Shown: positions 1 to 9,380, counted from the stretch's first letter. The stretch: DNA of 64,000 bases from an uncultured Gammaproteobacteria bacterium (GCA_964645605.1 CAZYCE010000005.1:362-64361), one strand, 5' to 3'. Notes: generated by a model from the letters alone, not told the origin. Numbers and translations are program-made.

Positions 1-99
1 CTCGATTGTTTGGTTCACCAGATCTTTTATATTCTTAAAGTCACTATTAGTTAATGCCACAAGGTAATTAAACATCGTGAAGAGTCTCATGTCAAACAT
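1..99 (-). CDS. Hypothetical protein, N-terminal 33 codons only (gene runs off the window start)
   Basis: ATG at complement 97..99 is preceded by a strong SD (GAGGGAGGG) about 8 nt upstream. Translation is MFDMRLFTMFNYLVALTNSDFKNIKDLVNQTIE and stays open to the window edge. It lies last in a co-directional minus-strand cluster. Confidence 0.3.
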   Translation of the reverse strand, partial: MFDMRLFTMFNYLVALTNSDFKNIKDLVNQTIE

Positions 100-148
100 T
101 TTTTATACCCTCCCTCGGGATCCATACCGTGCAAGAGAAATCACAACC

Positions 149-460
149 TCAATTATTAGTAAAACAATTTTCGGATTTATTACTAAGTAGTAAAGCTTTT
201 AATGTTTGGTAATCAGGGGAATTAGGCACAACATTAGTTCGAACATCGTTCGCTAGACCACCCAAGACCGTATTGTAAAAATTTGGCATGCCTGAGTTAG
301 CTTCAAAGCTCGGGTTCGATACGAACTTATAAATAAATCGAAAAGTTGAGCGTGGTTTAACTGTTAAGATTTTGTCTTTGATCGTTATTTTTGTGCCTGT
401 TACCGCTAATATATTCTTTCGAGCCCCTATGTTGCCTTTGTCCCATTTTTCCCTAAGCAA
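149..460 (-). CDS. Hypothetical protein (103 aa)
   Basis: Six-frame ORF, co-directional with the CYTH and NDT-like genes upstream. No recognisable motif. Confidence 0.4.
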   Translation of the reverse strand: MLREKWDKGNIGARKNILAVTGTKITIKDKILTVKPRSTFRFIYKFVSNPSFEANSGMPNFYNTVLGGLANDVRTNVVPNSPDYQTLKALLLSNKSENCFTNN

Positions 461-539
461 TAGTGCGGGGTCGAAGTATCGTGGAAGTTAATTATTCAAG
501 AATAGAAACACGACTACAATGTTGAAATAACTAAGACAG

Positions 540-1028
540 TCATAACATTTCAAGGACTTTTGTGCATGTTTCTTTTAGTGAGTCTAAAATCGGCACATCG
601 GGGCAATCTTGGCTAAACCTCCTTCTGATATATTTAAGACCAGAAAATCCTTCTTCTATACCAACAACTATTTTAGTTCCATCTCTTTCATGTCTAACTT
701 TCCATTCAAACAGTTCTGCTCGAGAAGTTTGTGCATACGATCTACCAGGAATTTGATCCTGTTCTTTAGCCAACCAAAACATTATTACGCCATTTTTTCC
801 GGCTTTACGCAAATTTTCTGTCTCCCAGTCAACTTGCTCATTATAATTAAAACCTTCAGTAATTTTGCGTCTGGGTGAGGCGATATAGATATCTGGTTTA
901 AATGTAGTTAATATATCAATTGCATCAGATTGCCAGTCAGGAGCCCCTTGTATCGGACCAGCAAGAAAAATTACTTTTTGCACTGAAGAAATATATTCTG
1001 GTGGTACAAATATATTTCGTTCGCTCAT
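540..1028 (-). CDS. Nucleoside 2-deoxyribosyltransferase-like / YtoQ-like Rossmann-fold protein
   Basis: 162 aa. An N-terminal 'VIFLAGPIQGAPDWQ' glycine-rich strand-loop motif and the overall size are typical of the NDT/YtoQ/LOG-like flavodoxin-like fold. Assignment is by motif resemblance only. Confidence 0.5.
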   Translation of the reverse strand: MSERNIFVPPEYISSVQKVIFLAGPIQGAPDWQSDAIDILTTFKPDIYIASPRRKITEGFNYNEQVDWETENLRKAGKNGVIMFWLAKEQDQIPGRSYAQTSRAELFEWKVRHERDGTKIVVGIEEGFSGLKYIRRRFSQDCPDVPILDSLKETCTKVLEML

Positions 1029-1046
1029 ATTTATAAATCAGATAAA

Positions 1047-1475
1047 TTAATCAGATCCTTTTGTGGCAGAGAGAATAAAGTTATAATTTGTGGGAAACAC
1101 AATATTTTCACCTTTTTGACCTGTTTTCTTTTTATAATCTTCAAATAAATCCCAATAGGTGGCAACGATTTTATTGGACAAATCAAGTTTTAATTCTTCA
1201 GCAACACTCTTTATATTTTCAGGCTTTCCTTCTATTTCGACAAACACACCAAAAGGTAATTCATCAAGAGAGATCTTTGTATTTTTATATTCATAATCAA
1301 TCCGGTATTTTTCCATAATAAATCGTTTTGTAAAACCAAGATTGGCAAAAATATCTGCAAGCAACCCAGGATCTTTTACTTCTGTTTCAAGCTCCTGTCG
1401 TTCGAAAACCTCTCCATCAGATTTTATTTTCTTTTTGAGTGTTACTATACTTTTTCCTCCAGTCCGAACTCTCAA
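1047..1475 (-). CDS. CYTH-domain protein (class IV adenylyl cyclase / triphosphate tunnel metalloenzyme family)
   Basis: 142 aa with CYTH-like motifs (EKYRIDYEY ... LPFGVFVEIEG). TTG start at complement 1473..1475 is preceded by AAAAAGGAGG about 10 nt upstream. Confidence 0.6.
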   Translation of the reverse strand: MRVRTGGKSIVTLKKKIKSDGEVFERQELETEVKDPGLLADIFANLGFTKRFIMEKYRIDYEYKNTKISLDELPFGVFVEIEGKPENIKSVAEELKLDLSNKIVATYWDLFEDYKKKTGQKGENIVFPTNYNFILSATKGSD

Positions 1476-1798
1476 AAAAAATGCCTCCTTTTTCTAAATC
1501 AAGATTTGGGGTATCCATTCTGGTTGTTCTTTGGAATCCTCCATCTTTTTTGACGTTTTTTTGGGCCAAAAGAGAAATAAATTACTGAGGATTTTTAATC
1601 TCTATTTTTACTTCCTTTTCAACGTAATCGTTTGTCATACAAATTAGCAACCATCGTATTATATACCCAATTTCGGGGTAAGGACTTTTTTATACAAGAT
1701 TTTTGAAGTTGTCATAGAGAACCCTCTCTCTGCAAATAGCCATAGGGCTAAGCCTCAGTCGGTAATGCTTCTTAAGGAAATTTAGCAACGCCCAAATT

Positions 1799-1829
1799 TT
1801 TGCAAAAAACATTAACTTGTTATAATTAA
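1799..1829 (+). promoter_or_regulatory. Putative sigma70-type promoter with extended -10 (TTGCAA ... TGTTATAAT)
   Basis: TTGCAA at 1799..1804 and TGTTATAAT at 1821..1829 (extended -10) lie upstream of an AAAGGGGG SD at 1835..1842. Confidence 0.4.
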
Positions 1830-1851
1830 AGCTCAAAGGGGGTGAATATAT

Positions 1852-2466
1852 ATTAAAAAAATATTTATTGCTTTAACGGTAGGGTTAATCTTAGTTACTT
1901 CCTCTAGCGTGGCTTATGCAAAATCGAGTAAGCGCGAAGCGACTAATTCCGGAGTTCCAATCCGCAATAACATAAAAACAATCGAACAGCTACAAACAAA
2001 GGTTAAAAACCCACAAGCGAAAGATGCCTTACAGCAAGCTATTCAAGTTGCCGAACAATCAGAAGCAACAGTAGCAAGTTCCTTTAAAGAAATGTCGGGA
2101 AGGCCCGGCTTTTTGAAGTTTCTTATTGGAGCAGATTATAAGAATGCAGGACAGGTACGAAGCGAGATTATTAAACTGCGCAATGAAATCGCCCAATTAA
2201 CAAGGACAAGAGAAGAAGTCTCCGCAGGCGATCAAGATGCAATTGATGAAACCATTGGCCTTTTCCAGGAGCAGTTGATGAGCATTGAAACCGATCTGAG
2301 TAGGCAGTTGGAAGGATTTAGTTTGTTTGGCTGGTTAAGTAGGCTATTGACCGGATTTAAGGCGCCTGTTGCGACAGCTACACCAACCGTTATGCCGACA
2401 GAGACTCCGGTTGCCTCGCCAATCGAGACACCGGTAGCAAGCCCAACATCAACACTGATTAATTAA
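1852..2466 (+). CDS. Secreted hypothetical protein with signal peptide and C-terminal Pro/Thr-rich repeat
   Basis: The ORF track starts at GTG 1909, but the in-frame upstream codons encode a classical signal peptide: (I)KKIFIALTVGLILVTSSSVAYA|KSSK, with an AYA cleavage site. The best start is ATT 1852, 9 nt after the AAAGGGGG SD. The C-terminus carries TPVASP repeats. Confidence 0.5.
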   Translation: MKKIFIALTVGLILVTSSSVAYAKSSKREATNSGVPIRNNIKTIEQLQTKVKNPQAKDALQQAIQVAEQSEATVASSFKEMSGRPGFLKFLIGADYKNAGQVRSEIIKLRNEIAQLTRTREEVSAGDQDAIDETIGLFQEQLMSIETDLSRQLEGFSLFGWLSRLLTGFKAPVATATPTVMPTETPVASPIETPVASPTSTLIN

Positions 2467-2574
2467 TGGTTAAGCTTTGAGTTTGGCTGATTCTGTTGAT
2501 ATTTATTTTGTTGCATAAATATTAAAATTATTCTATTGATATTTACTTGCAATTGTTTATATACTTAATACGCA

Positions 2575-3267
2575 ATGCCAAATAAAGAAGATTCCCCCTC
2601 AAGGCACAGAATGGTTGTTGAAGAGATCGAAATTCCGGATAAAGAGGCGCATACCACCGAGACCGGGGTTGAAGATAAGTCCTTAGAGCAAGGCATTCCC
2701 GATATTCTGGACACGGATGCGAAAGTTTCTTCACAAGATGTTGTTGAAAATGAAGATGTGCGTTCTCCACAAAAAGATACACAAGAAGTCGCAAAAGAAA
2801 AATCTCCCGTTTTTTGGATACTGATTCCCGGAATTTTTATTTTGGGAGCAATTTTGGGAGGTATCGTTTTCTATCAAAAAGGCGTTAATACTATCGATGT
2901 AGATACCACGCCGGCACCTGTTGCATCAGCTGCTCCCGCCATTACACCCACATCCACTCCTTCAGCAAACGTTGATGTTTCAAAATTTAATGTAGCGATT
3001 TTCAATGGCTCAGGAATTGCTGGCGAGGCCGGAAAAGTTAAAGATCTTTTGACAAACGCTGGATTTAATATTGTTTCGACGGGAAACGCGGCAACATATG
3101 ATTACACAAAGACTATTATTAAGGCTAAATCTACTGTGGGAACATCCGTAATTCAAAAAATCAAAGATGCTTTGTCAAAGGTGTATGTAATTGGAGACCC
3201 GCAAACACTTTCTTCTTCATCAACCACCGATATTCAAGTAGTGGTGGGGTCTTCAAAGGCGGAGTAA
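2575..3267 (+). CDS. Membrane-anchored LytR_C (LytR/CpsA/Psr C-terminal) domain protein
   Basis: One TM helix (VFWILIPGIFILGAILGGIVFY), a Pro/Ala/Thr linker, then a C-terminal 'FNVAIFNGSGIAGEAGKV ... TGNAATYDYTKTII' block typical of the LytR_C domain. Confidence 0.6.
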   Translation: MPNKEDSPSRHRMVVEEIEIPDKEAHTTETGVEDKSLEQGIPDILDTDAKVSSQDVVENEDVRSPQKDTQEVAKEKSPVFWILIPGIFILGAILGGIVFYQKGVNTIDVDTTPAPVASAAPAITPTSTPSANVDVSKFNVAIFNGSGIAGEAGKVKDLLTNAGFNIVSTGNAATYDYTKTIIKAKSTVGTSVIQKIKDALSKVYVIGDPQTLSSSSTTDIQVVVGSSKAE

Positions 3268-3905
3268 TTTATATTGGGAGCCGGGGACGGTGCTTGATGT
3301 AATCGCAGGTCCTTTACAAAAAGATAGATAATATTTGCTTCCGGGCATGTTCTGGCTATAGATGATTCAAATTTTTTGTCTAAGCCTTTAGTTTGAAATA
3401 TTACTTTTGAGCCATCTATGTCGTCCTGTCTCCAAATAATGGGGTGGTCGGAATATTGTTTAATCAAATTATCCACTTCTGATTCTGAACCATTCGTATT
3501 TAATTGAACAAATAATTCGGGCAAATAATTATTTTTGAGATAAAAATCCTCGGCTTTTGGGTCAGCTCCTAAATAGATATGACGAATGCCATGTCTCAAA
3601 ACATTTACCTCCATCTCATATAACATTTGACTACCAAACCCCCGTTTTTGATATTTGGAATCAATGTAAAATTCTCCGATAAGAACCCGTTTTTTTTCTA
3701 ACCCTCCTAGTATTACCCCAATTAATTGATGCCCAATATATGCCGCAAGCAAGAGGTCGGGGGCAGTTTTGAATTGTTTTATATAGTAGCCTTCATTGCG
3801 TGGATGATTTGAAGATAGTTTCTGTCCTTTTTTAGCAAATCGAAAAAATTTGATCGCATCTTCCAAGGTACCCGCTGACTTAATTGTTATTTTTTCCTTC
3901 GCCAT
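3234..3905 (-). CDS. GNAT-family N-acetyltransferase
   Basis: The acetyl-CoA-binding 'QKRGFGSQML' (Q/RxxGxG/A) motif sits in the GNAT core (HQLIGVILGG ... GEFYIDSKYQKRGFGS). Confidence 0.6.
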   Translation of the reverse strand: MAKEKITIKSAGTLEDAIKFFRFAKKGQKLSSNHPRNEGYYIKQFKTAPDLLLAAYIGHQLIGVILGGLEKKRVLIGEFYIDSKYQKRGFGSQMLYEMEVNVLRHGIRHIYLGADPKAEDFYLKNNYLPELFVQLNTNGSESEVDNLIKQYSDHPIIWRQDDIDGSKVIFQTKGLDKKFESSIARTCPEANIIYLFVKDLRLHQAPSPAPNINYSAFEDPTTT

Positions 3906-4040
3906 TTAAATTCAAATCACATCTCTTAAATAAAATTTATAGGGTTTGTTTTACTAATGCAATCTGCACCTCCACGAGTTTGGTATTATTTGGAAAGGGA
4001 TAATCGTTAAATAATCACGCTCGCCCCCCGTCAAACTCAG

Positions 4041-4111
4041 AGCGGGATAGGGGAGTCGAACCCCTCTCCTCAGCTTGGAAAGCTGGTGTTGAGCCGATCA
4101 ACTAATCCCGC
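4041..4111 (-). tRNA. tRNA-Gly (anticodon TCC)
   Basis: Cloverleaf by hand: acceptor GCGGGAT/ATCCCGC, D stem GTTG/CAAC, anticodon loop TTTCCAA, T arm AGGGG-TTCGACT-CCCCT. Confidence 0.8.
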
Positions 4112-4241
4112 AACAAACTACGTTTCTGAAAAGCTCCTTCATTGCATAGCAATGAAGCTTTGCTGATTCAGCCATTGAACCATACTCACAAAATTAATCC
4201 AGCGTAAATTATACCAAAAAATGATAAAATAGTGAACGTGA

Positions 4242-4325
4242 GCCGAGGTGGCGAAATGGTATACGCAAGGGCCTTAAGAGCCCTCGAGTGCATAACTCAT
4301 GCGGGTCCGAGTCCCGCCCTCGGCA
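4242..4325 (+). tRNA. tRNA-Leu (anticodon TAA), long variable arm
   Basis: Acceptor GCCGAGG/CCTCGGC, anticodon stem AGGGC/GCCCT with loop CTTAAGA, long variable arm, T arm GCGGG-TCCGAGT-CCCGC. Confidence 0.85.
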
Positions 4326-4734
4326 CAGGATTTATAGAATTACTTCGGATTATTTGAGGAAAGAGCCGAATCATGAATTTTTGCATGACAGTTCTTGCAC
4401 AAGATGTAACATTTTTTGATTTCCTTTAGAATAGTTTCTTTTCCGTATCCTTTTACAACTAAATCTGAGACCGCATCATCTTTTTCCTTAGGATTTTATG
4501 ATGAAAGTTAAGCATTCGGCATAACTTTCGCCGCACACTTCACAAAATATTCCATCTTTATATTGCTTTGCCAATCAGAAAGACTTGCCTCCCTTATTCG
4601 CTTCTGAAGTCCATGCTTTAATTTTCTTTTCTTTCAAATTTTTAAGTGATAAAGTCTTTGATATTCTTGTCTTTTATCTTTGTCGAGTATGGGCATTAAC
4701 CAATATTTGATTGGTCCATACTCTATGTCATTTG

Positions 4735-4806
4735 TCGGGGACCCGGGAATTGAACCCGGTGCCTTCCGCTCCCAAAGCGGACATTCTACCGTCGAACTCG
4801 TCCCCG
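4735..4806 (-). tRNA. tRNA-Pro (anticodon TGG)
   Basis: Acceptor CGGGGAC/GTCCCCG, anticodon stem TCCGC/GCGGA with loop TTTGGGA, T arm CCGGG-TTCAATT-CCCGG. Confidence 0.8.
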
Positions 4807-4850
4807 TAAATCAATTAGGTTCCGAGCTCATATTTTAACACAGAAAAAAG

Positions 4851-6503
4851 CTATTTCGCAGCAGCGGCTTTTAAAAATTCCATAAAAATGGGGTGGGGAT
4901 ATAGAGCGCGACTAATATACTCAGGGTGATATTGTGTTCCCACAAAGAATTTGTGATTTTTAAGTTCAATTGCTTCCACTAATTTTCCGTCCGGTGAAGT
5001 TCCCGAAATTACAAATCCAGCTCTTTCAAATGCTTCTTTATATTTATTATTGAACTCATACCTATGCCTGTGTCTTTCGTTAAGGATCGTGTTTTTACCA
5101 TAGATTTTTTCCAGAAGTGTTCCCTTTTCAATCTTTAGGGGCCAGGCTCCTAAACGAATAGTCCCTCCAAACTGCTTATTTTTAATAAGTTCTTTTTGAT
5201 AATCCATCGTGTGTATGACGGGATGTTTTGTTCCGTCTTGTGCCTCCTCCGTATTGGCATCCTTAAGCCCCAGTACATCTCTTGCAAACTCAATTGTAGC
5301 CATCTGCATTCCAAAACAGAGTCCAAGATAGGGGATATTATTTTCGCGAGCATATCTAATTGCAGCCACTTTCCCTTCGATTCCACGCTTTCCCCAGCCT
5401 TGAGGAACAAGGATGGCATCAAGCGAAGATAAATCCATCTCCGGATCTTCGGAATCAATCCAATCAATCTCGACACCAATTCCTACAGCAACTGCAGCGT
5501 GTCTTAATGCCTCTACAACACTTACGTAAGAGTCTTGGAGTATGTAATCACCGCTTCTTTGATACTTACCTACAATGCCGATTTTAACCGTCTTTGCCTT
5601 TTTGGCGTCAATTTTTTTGACCATTTCCTCCCATTTATCTAAATTGGCTTTACCGGTTTTTAGTCCAAGCTTTTTTAATACCTTTACATCCAGTTTTTCC
5701 TTCTTTAAAAATAATGGAACTTTATATACCGAATCAAGATCGGGGTTGCTGATAATATTTTCAACGGGAAGTCCTGAGGCCAAGGCAATCTTTTCCTTTC
5801 TCTTGTCATCTACCGGTTTCTCTGCACGTCCAACTACGAAATCAGGCATAATTCCCAGTGAATTTAAGGATGCTATGGATTGCTGTATGGGCTTACTTTT
5901 AAGCTCGCCAATATTTCCGGGTGCCGGAAGATAACCTACATGAACAAGTACAGCATCTTTGGGATGCTGGAGTTTAATTCTTCTATAAGCCTCAAAGAAA
6001 AGTAGTCCTTCGTATTCGCCGACAGTGCCTCCAAGCTCAACAATGGTTATTTCGGCATGTGCGGCCTCTCCCGCCTGACGCCATCTCTCAATTATTTCCG
6101 GCGGAATATGGTGATATGGCTCAACACATTTGCCTCCATAATCCAGGGAGCGTTCTTTATCAAGAACGTATTGATAAATTTGGCCATTTGTTAAATAGTT
6201 TGCGCGGGTCAAATTAATATTTAGGAAACGTTCATAGTGTCCAAGGTCTTGATCTGTTTCAAGACCGTCCTGTGTAACGAAAACCTCACCGTGTTCAAGG
6301 GGATTCATGGTGCCAGCATCGATATTTAAATACATGTCGCACTTCATGATTGTCACTTTGTAACCGCGGGATTGAAGAAGAAGTCCTAAAGAGGCGGCGG
6401 TAATCCCTTTTCCAAGGCCGGAGAGTACACCGCCGGAGACAATAATATATTTCACCTTGGAATTTGTTATACCATGTTGCCTTGGGGAGCTGTCAAGGTA
6501 CAA
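4851..6503 (-). CDS. pyrG: CTP synthase
   Basis: 550 aa. N-terminal synthetase domain (GGVLSGLGKGITAASLG) plus a C-terminal class I glutamine amidotransferase domain (GLCFGMQ catalytic Cys). Full-length colinear match to PyrG. Confidence 0.95.
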   Translation of the reverse strand: MYLDSSPRQHGITNSKVKYIIVSGGVLSGLGKGITAASLGLLLQSRGYKVTIMKCDMYLNIDAGTMNPLEHGEVFVTQDGLETDQDLGHYERFLNINLTRANYLTNGQIYQYVLDKERSLDYGGKCVEPYHHIPPEIIERWRQAGEAAHAEITIVELGGTVGEYEGLLFFEAYRRIKLQHPKDAVLVHVGYLPAPGNIGELKSKPIQQSIASLNSLGIMPDFVVGRAEKPVDDKRKEKIALASGLPVENIISNPDLDSVYKVPLFLKKEKLDVKVLKKLGLKTGKANLDKWEEMVKKIDAKKAKTVKIGIVGKYQRSGDYILQDSYVSVVEALRHAAVAVGIGVEIDWIDSEDPEMDLSSLDAILVPQGWGKRGIEGKVAAIRYARENNIPYLGLCFGMQMATIEFARDVLGLKDANTEEAQDGTKHPVIHTMDYQKELIKNKQFGGTIRLGAWPLKIEKGTLLEKIYGKNTILNERHRHRYEFNNKYKEAFERAGFVISGTSPDGKLVEAIELKNHKFFVGTQYHPEYISRALYPHPIFMEFLKAAAAK

Positions 6504-6514
6504 AAGAAGAAAAA

Positions 6515-7126
6515 TTATTTAACATATTCAACCACTCGTGGGATAAAATCCTTGTCGGCTCGTGTCGTTATCCTTAAAGTTGCACACCCCCTTCTTAAAG
6601 AATGTCCAATAAACCCAGTGTCGGCAATCTGTTCAATATCATCTCTTGTATGAACAATACTGGTCAAAAGACATTTTCCCATAAAATCTATCCACTCATT
6701 ATCTGTAAGAACTGCATTCCCATAAAAATGGTATGACGACCCCGTTTCAAGTAACCATCCTGACACAGATTTCGAATGTATTAATCTTTCTTTTATGATA
6801 TTTAGATTTTGCTCACTTTTTTTGAGACTGAATTCCATTAATGGAATGTTTGCGTATTCTCCGTTAAGCAACAGTACTCGAGAACTTAAAGCAATTTGTT
6901 CATCCGGTTCAAGACGGTTTCCAATTTTATTTAAATTATTTTTACCTGTAAAAAAACTACAATCTACCCAACTACTATCTGATTTATTTTCGTTAAAAAT
7001 TTGCGGTTTGTATGTATATTTCCACAAATTTAAACACCTAATTTCAGGATGCTGTAATATCATTTCAGAAACAACATCAAATGGTTCAGCACCTATCAGA
7101 CAATCTGGTTTAATAAAAACTTCCAT
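6515..7126 (-). CDS. Hypothetical protein (203 aa) with an archaeo-eukaryotic-primase motif-II-like signature
   Basis: No confident family. Contains 'ETGSSYHFYG', which resembles AEP motif II ([ST]G[SN]xGYHxY[FW]). The DxD motif I is not clearly conserved (LLLNGE). Confidence 0.5.
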   Translation of the reverse strand: MEVFIKPDCLIGAEPFDVVSEMILQHPEIRCLNLWKYTYKPQIFNENKSDSSWVDCSFFTGKNNLNKIGNRLEPDEQIALSSRVLLLNGEYANIPLMEFSLKKSEQNLNIIKERLIHSKSVSGWLLETGSSYHFYGNAVLTDNEWIDFMGKCLLTSIVHTRDDIEQIADTGFIGHSLRRGCATLRITTRADKDFIPRVVEYVK

Positions 7127-7274
7127 ATACGTGGGAATATTTCATTGGGGTTGTAGAAAAACAAGTAATATGCGCACGGGATGAATATGAATTCAACGAA
7201 TTCATATCACCAAGCTTACTTGATTGCTCAACTAAAGTTTCGCAAGTCGTAGAATGTGTGATTAAACCTCTTTG

Positions 7275-7346
7275 TGCGCCTGGGAGGAATCGAACCTCCA
7301 CCAATGGATTCGAAGTCCACTACTCTATCCGTTAAGCTACAGGCGC
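7275..7346 (-). tRNA. tRNA-Arg (anticodon TCG)
   Basis: Acceptor GCGCCTG/CAGGCGC, anticodon loop CTTCGAA, T arm GGAGG-TTCGATT-CCTCC. Confidence 0.7.
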
Positions 7347-7404
7347 CTTTCGACTTCGCTCTCAGGGTAAATGAGCTTAAACCTGATATAATATTATATC
7401 CTAT

Positions 7405-8481
7405 ATGCTAACAATTGACGAACAAATCGCACAAATTGAGGAAACATTAAGAAAAACTCCTCATCACAAGGCAACAAATGGATTTATTGGAGCAATGAGG
7501 GCTAAGATAGCCCGTCTTAGAGACAAGGAAATTGAACAGTCCGGCAAAAAAGGTGGAGGAAGCGGGGGTTATCAGGTTAAAAAACAGGGAGACGCCACGG
7601 TTGTTTTAATTGGTCCACCATCTTCAGGAAAATCCACCTTAATTAACCAGTTAACTAATGCAGAAAGTAAAGTTGCCCCATATGCATTTACCACCGTTAC
7701 GGTTGTACCCGGAATGCTTAAATACAAGGAAGCTTATATCCAAATTCTTGATATTCCCGGACTTATTACCGGCGCAAAAGAGGGGAAAGGCCGGGGTAAA
7801 GAGGTTTTATCTGTTGCCAGAGAAGCGGATTTACTTATCGTGATGACGGATGTTAAACGCGTCGATGCTTTTGAGGAAATGGTCGCTGAACTAACCGGTT
7901 CGGGAATTAGAATTAATGAAGAACCACCGAAGGTGTTAATTGATAAAAAGATAAGCGGCGGACTTGATATATTTTCTAATATAAAACAAGATATTGATAA
8001 AGAAACTATTAAGGAAATAGCCCGTGAATACGGCATTAAAAATGGCATAATTACTCTTCAAGAAACCATCACTATGGAGCGTCTTTTTGACGCTTTCTCC
8101 GAAAATAGAGTTTATATTCCCACACTTTGGGTAATCAACAAGATAGATGAAGAACCAAATCACCACGAGCAAATTGATGGCGAATACATTGCGATAAGCG
8201 CCCAAAATGGTGATGGAATAGATAATTTAATTAATAAGATGTGGGAGGCTCTTAAATTTGTAACTGTATACCTGGTAAAGCCCGACGAGGAGATCGGAAA
8301 GGGAAGCCCCATTATCATGAAAGAGGGAGAAACACTTAAGGATATTGCTCTTAAAATTGGTCCGGATTTTGCCGAAAGCAAAAAGATTGTTAAAATTTGG
8401 GGACCAGGAGCGAAGTTTCCCGGTCAAGAAATGTCTTTTGACGCTAAAATAGTAGATGGCATGCAAGTCAGATTTCTGTAA
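7405..8481 (+). CDS. Obg-family GTPase of the DRG/Rbg type with C-terminal TGS domain
   Basis: G1 GPPSSGKST, G3 DIPGLI, a glycine-rich N-terminal region, and a C-terminal TGS-like beta-grasp (VYLVKPDEE ... KIVDGMQV). Confidence 0.8.
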   Translation: MLTIDEQIAQIEETLRKTPHHKATNGFIGAMRAKIARLRDKEIEQSGKKGGGSGGYQVKKQGDATVVLIGPPSSGKSTLINQLTNAESKVAPYAFTTVTVVPGMLKYKEAYIQILDIPGLITGAKEGKGRGKEVLSVAREADLLIVMTDVKRVDAFEEMVAELTGSGIRINEEPPKVLIDKKISGGLDIFSNIKQDIDKETIKEIAREYGIKNGIITLQETITMERLFDAFSENRVYIPTLWVINKIDEEPNHHEQIDGEYIAISAQNGDGIDNLINKMWEALKFVTVYLVKPDEEIGKGSPIIMKEGETLKDIALKIGPDFAESKKIVKIWGPGAKFPGQEMSFDAKIVDGMQVRFL

Positions 8482-8528
8482 AACTATACACATCTTGAAA
8501 GGTCTAACCTTACAAGGACACTTATAAA

Positions 8529-9380
8529 ATGAATAATAAATTTTATGAACTTATAGATAGCGGGGAGGGTAGACGTCTTGAACGCTGGGGTAAATATATT
8601 ATCGATCGACCTGACCCGCAAATTATTTGGAAAAAATCGCTTACGTCCTCCGATTGGCAAAAAGCAGATGCGTATTTTAGGCGACTAGCTGAGGACAAGG
8701 GCACATGGAATGTAAATGGGAATATACCTGAAAAATGGATTCTTGAGCATAATGGAGTTAAATTCTACGCAAGACTGACTCCATTCAAGCACACAGGCAT
8801 TTTCCCGGAACAGGCGAGCCAATGGGAGTATGTCTATGAAACAATCATTTCAGATAAGGCAGTAAACAAAATAAATTTGCTAAACCTTTTTGCCTATACC
8901 GGAATTGCTTCATTGTTTGCAGCGAAGGCGGGAGCCAAAGTGACCCATGTTGATGCCAGTCGCCCTGCAATTACTTGGGCAAATGAAAATAGGGATCTAA
9001 ATGAGAAAAATTGGCCAATCAGATGGATTGTCGATGATGCAATTAAATTTACAGAGAGAGAAATCAAAAGGGGGGTAAAGTACGATGCAATCGTTATGGA
9101 TCCTCCGGTATACGGGCATGGACCTGCCGGTGAGGTATGGGATTTTAACCGTGATTTTCCGAGACTTTTGGCAAACTGCCGTAAATTGCTATCAAACACC
9201 CCGCTTTTTGTACTTGTTAATGCGTATGCAATCTCTTCTTCGTCAATCACTTTGGCAAACATATTGAATGATGCTTTTGGTCAACTTAAAGGACAAATTG
9301 AAAATGGAGAACTAACTTTGAAAGAAACTTCGGGAGGCCGACTTCTTTCCACCGGCATCTGGGCTAAATGGAGTAAATAA
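8529..9380 (+). CDS. Class I SAM-dependent methyltransferase, RlmI/YccW-like rRNA methyltransferase
   Basis: SAM motif I 'LLNLFAYTGIASLFAAKAGA', an acidic 'THVDAS', and motif IV 'VMDPPVYG' follow an N-terminal PUA-like region. Confidence 0.7.
   Translation: MNNKFYELIDSGEGRRLERWGKYIIDRPDPQIIWKKSLTSSDWQKADAYFRRLAEDKGTWNVNGNIPEKWILEHNGVKFYARLTPFKHTGIFPEQASQWEYVYETIISDKAVNKINLLNLFAYTGIASLFAAKAGAKVTHVDASRPAITWANENRDLNEKNWPIRWIVDDAIKFTEREIKRGVKYDAIVMDPPVYGHGPAGEVWDFNRDFPRLLANCRKLLSNTPLFVLVNAYAISSSSITLANILNDAFGQLKGQIENGELTLKETSGGRLLSTGIWAKWSK

Noticed and set aside
5150-8493. Numerous 60-120-aa ORFs antisense or out of frame inside pyrG, the 6515..7126 gene and the GTPase gene (for example 5150..5479, 5575..5934, 6795..7184, 7734..8048)
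   Set aside because: Nested in well-supported longer genes with low-complexity translations. Same reasoning applies to the antisense ORFs inside typA, thrS, pheST, PBP1A, recG, the pil genes, gyrB, hppA and the giant surface gene.
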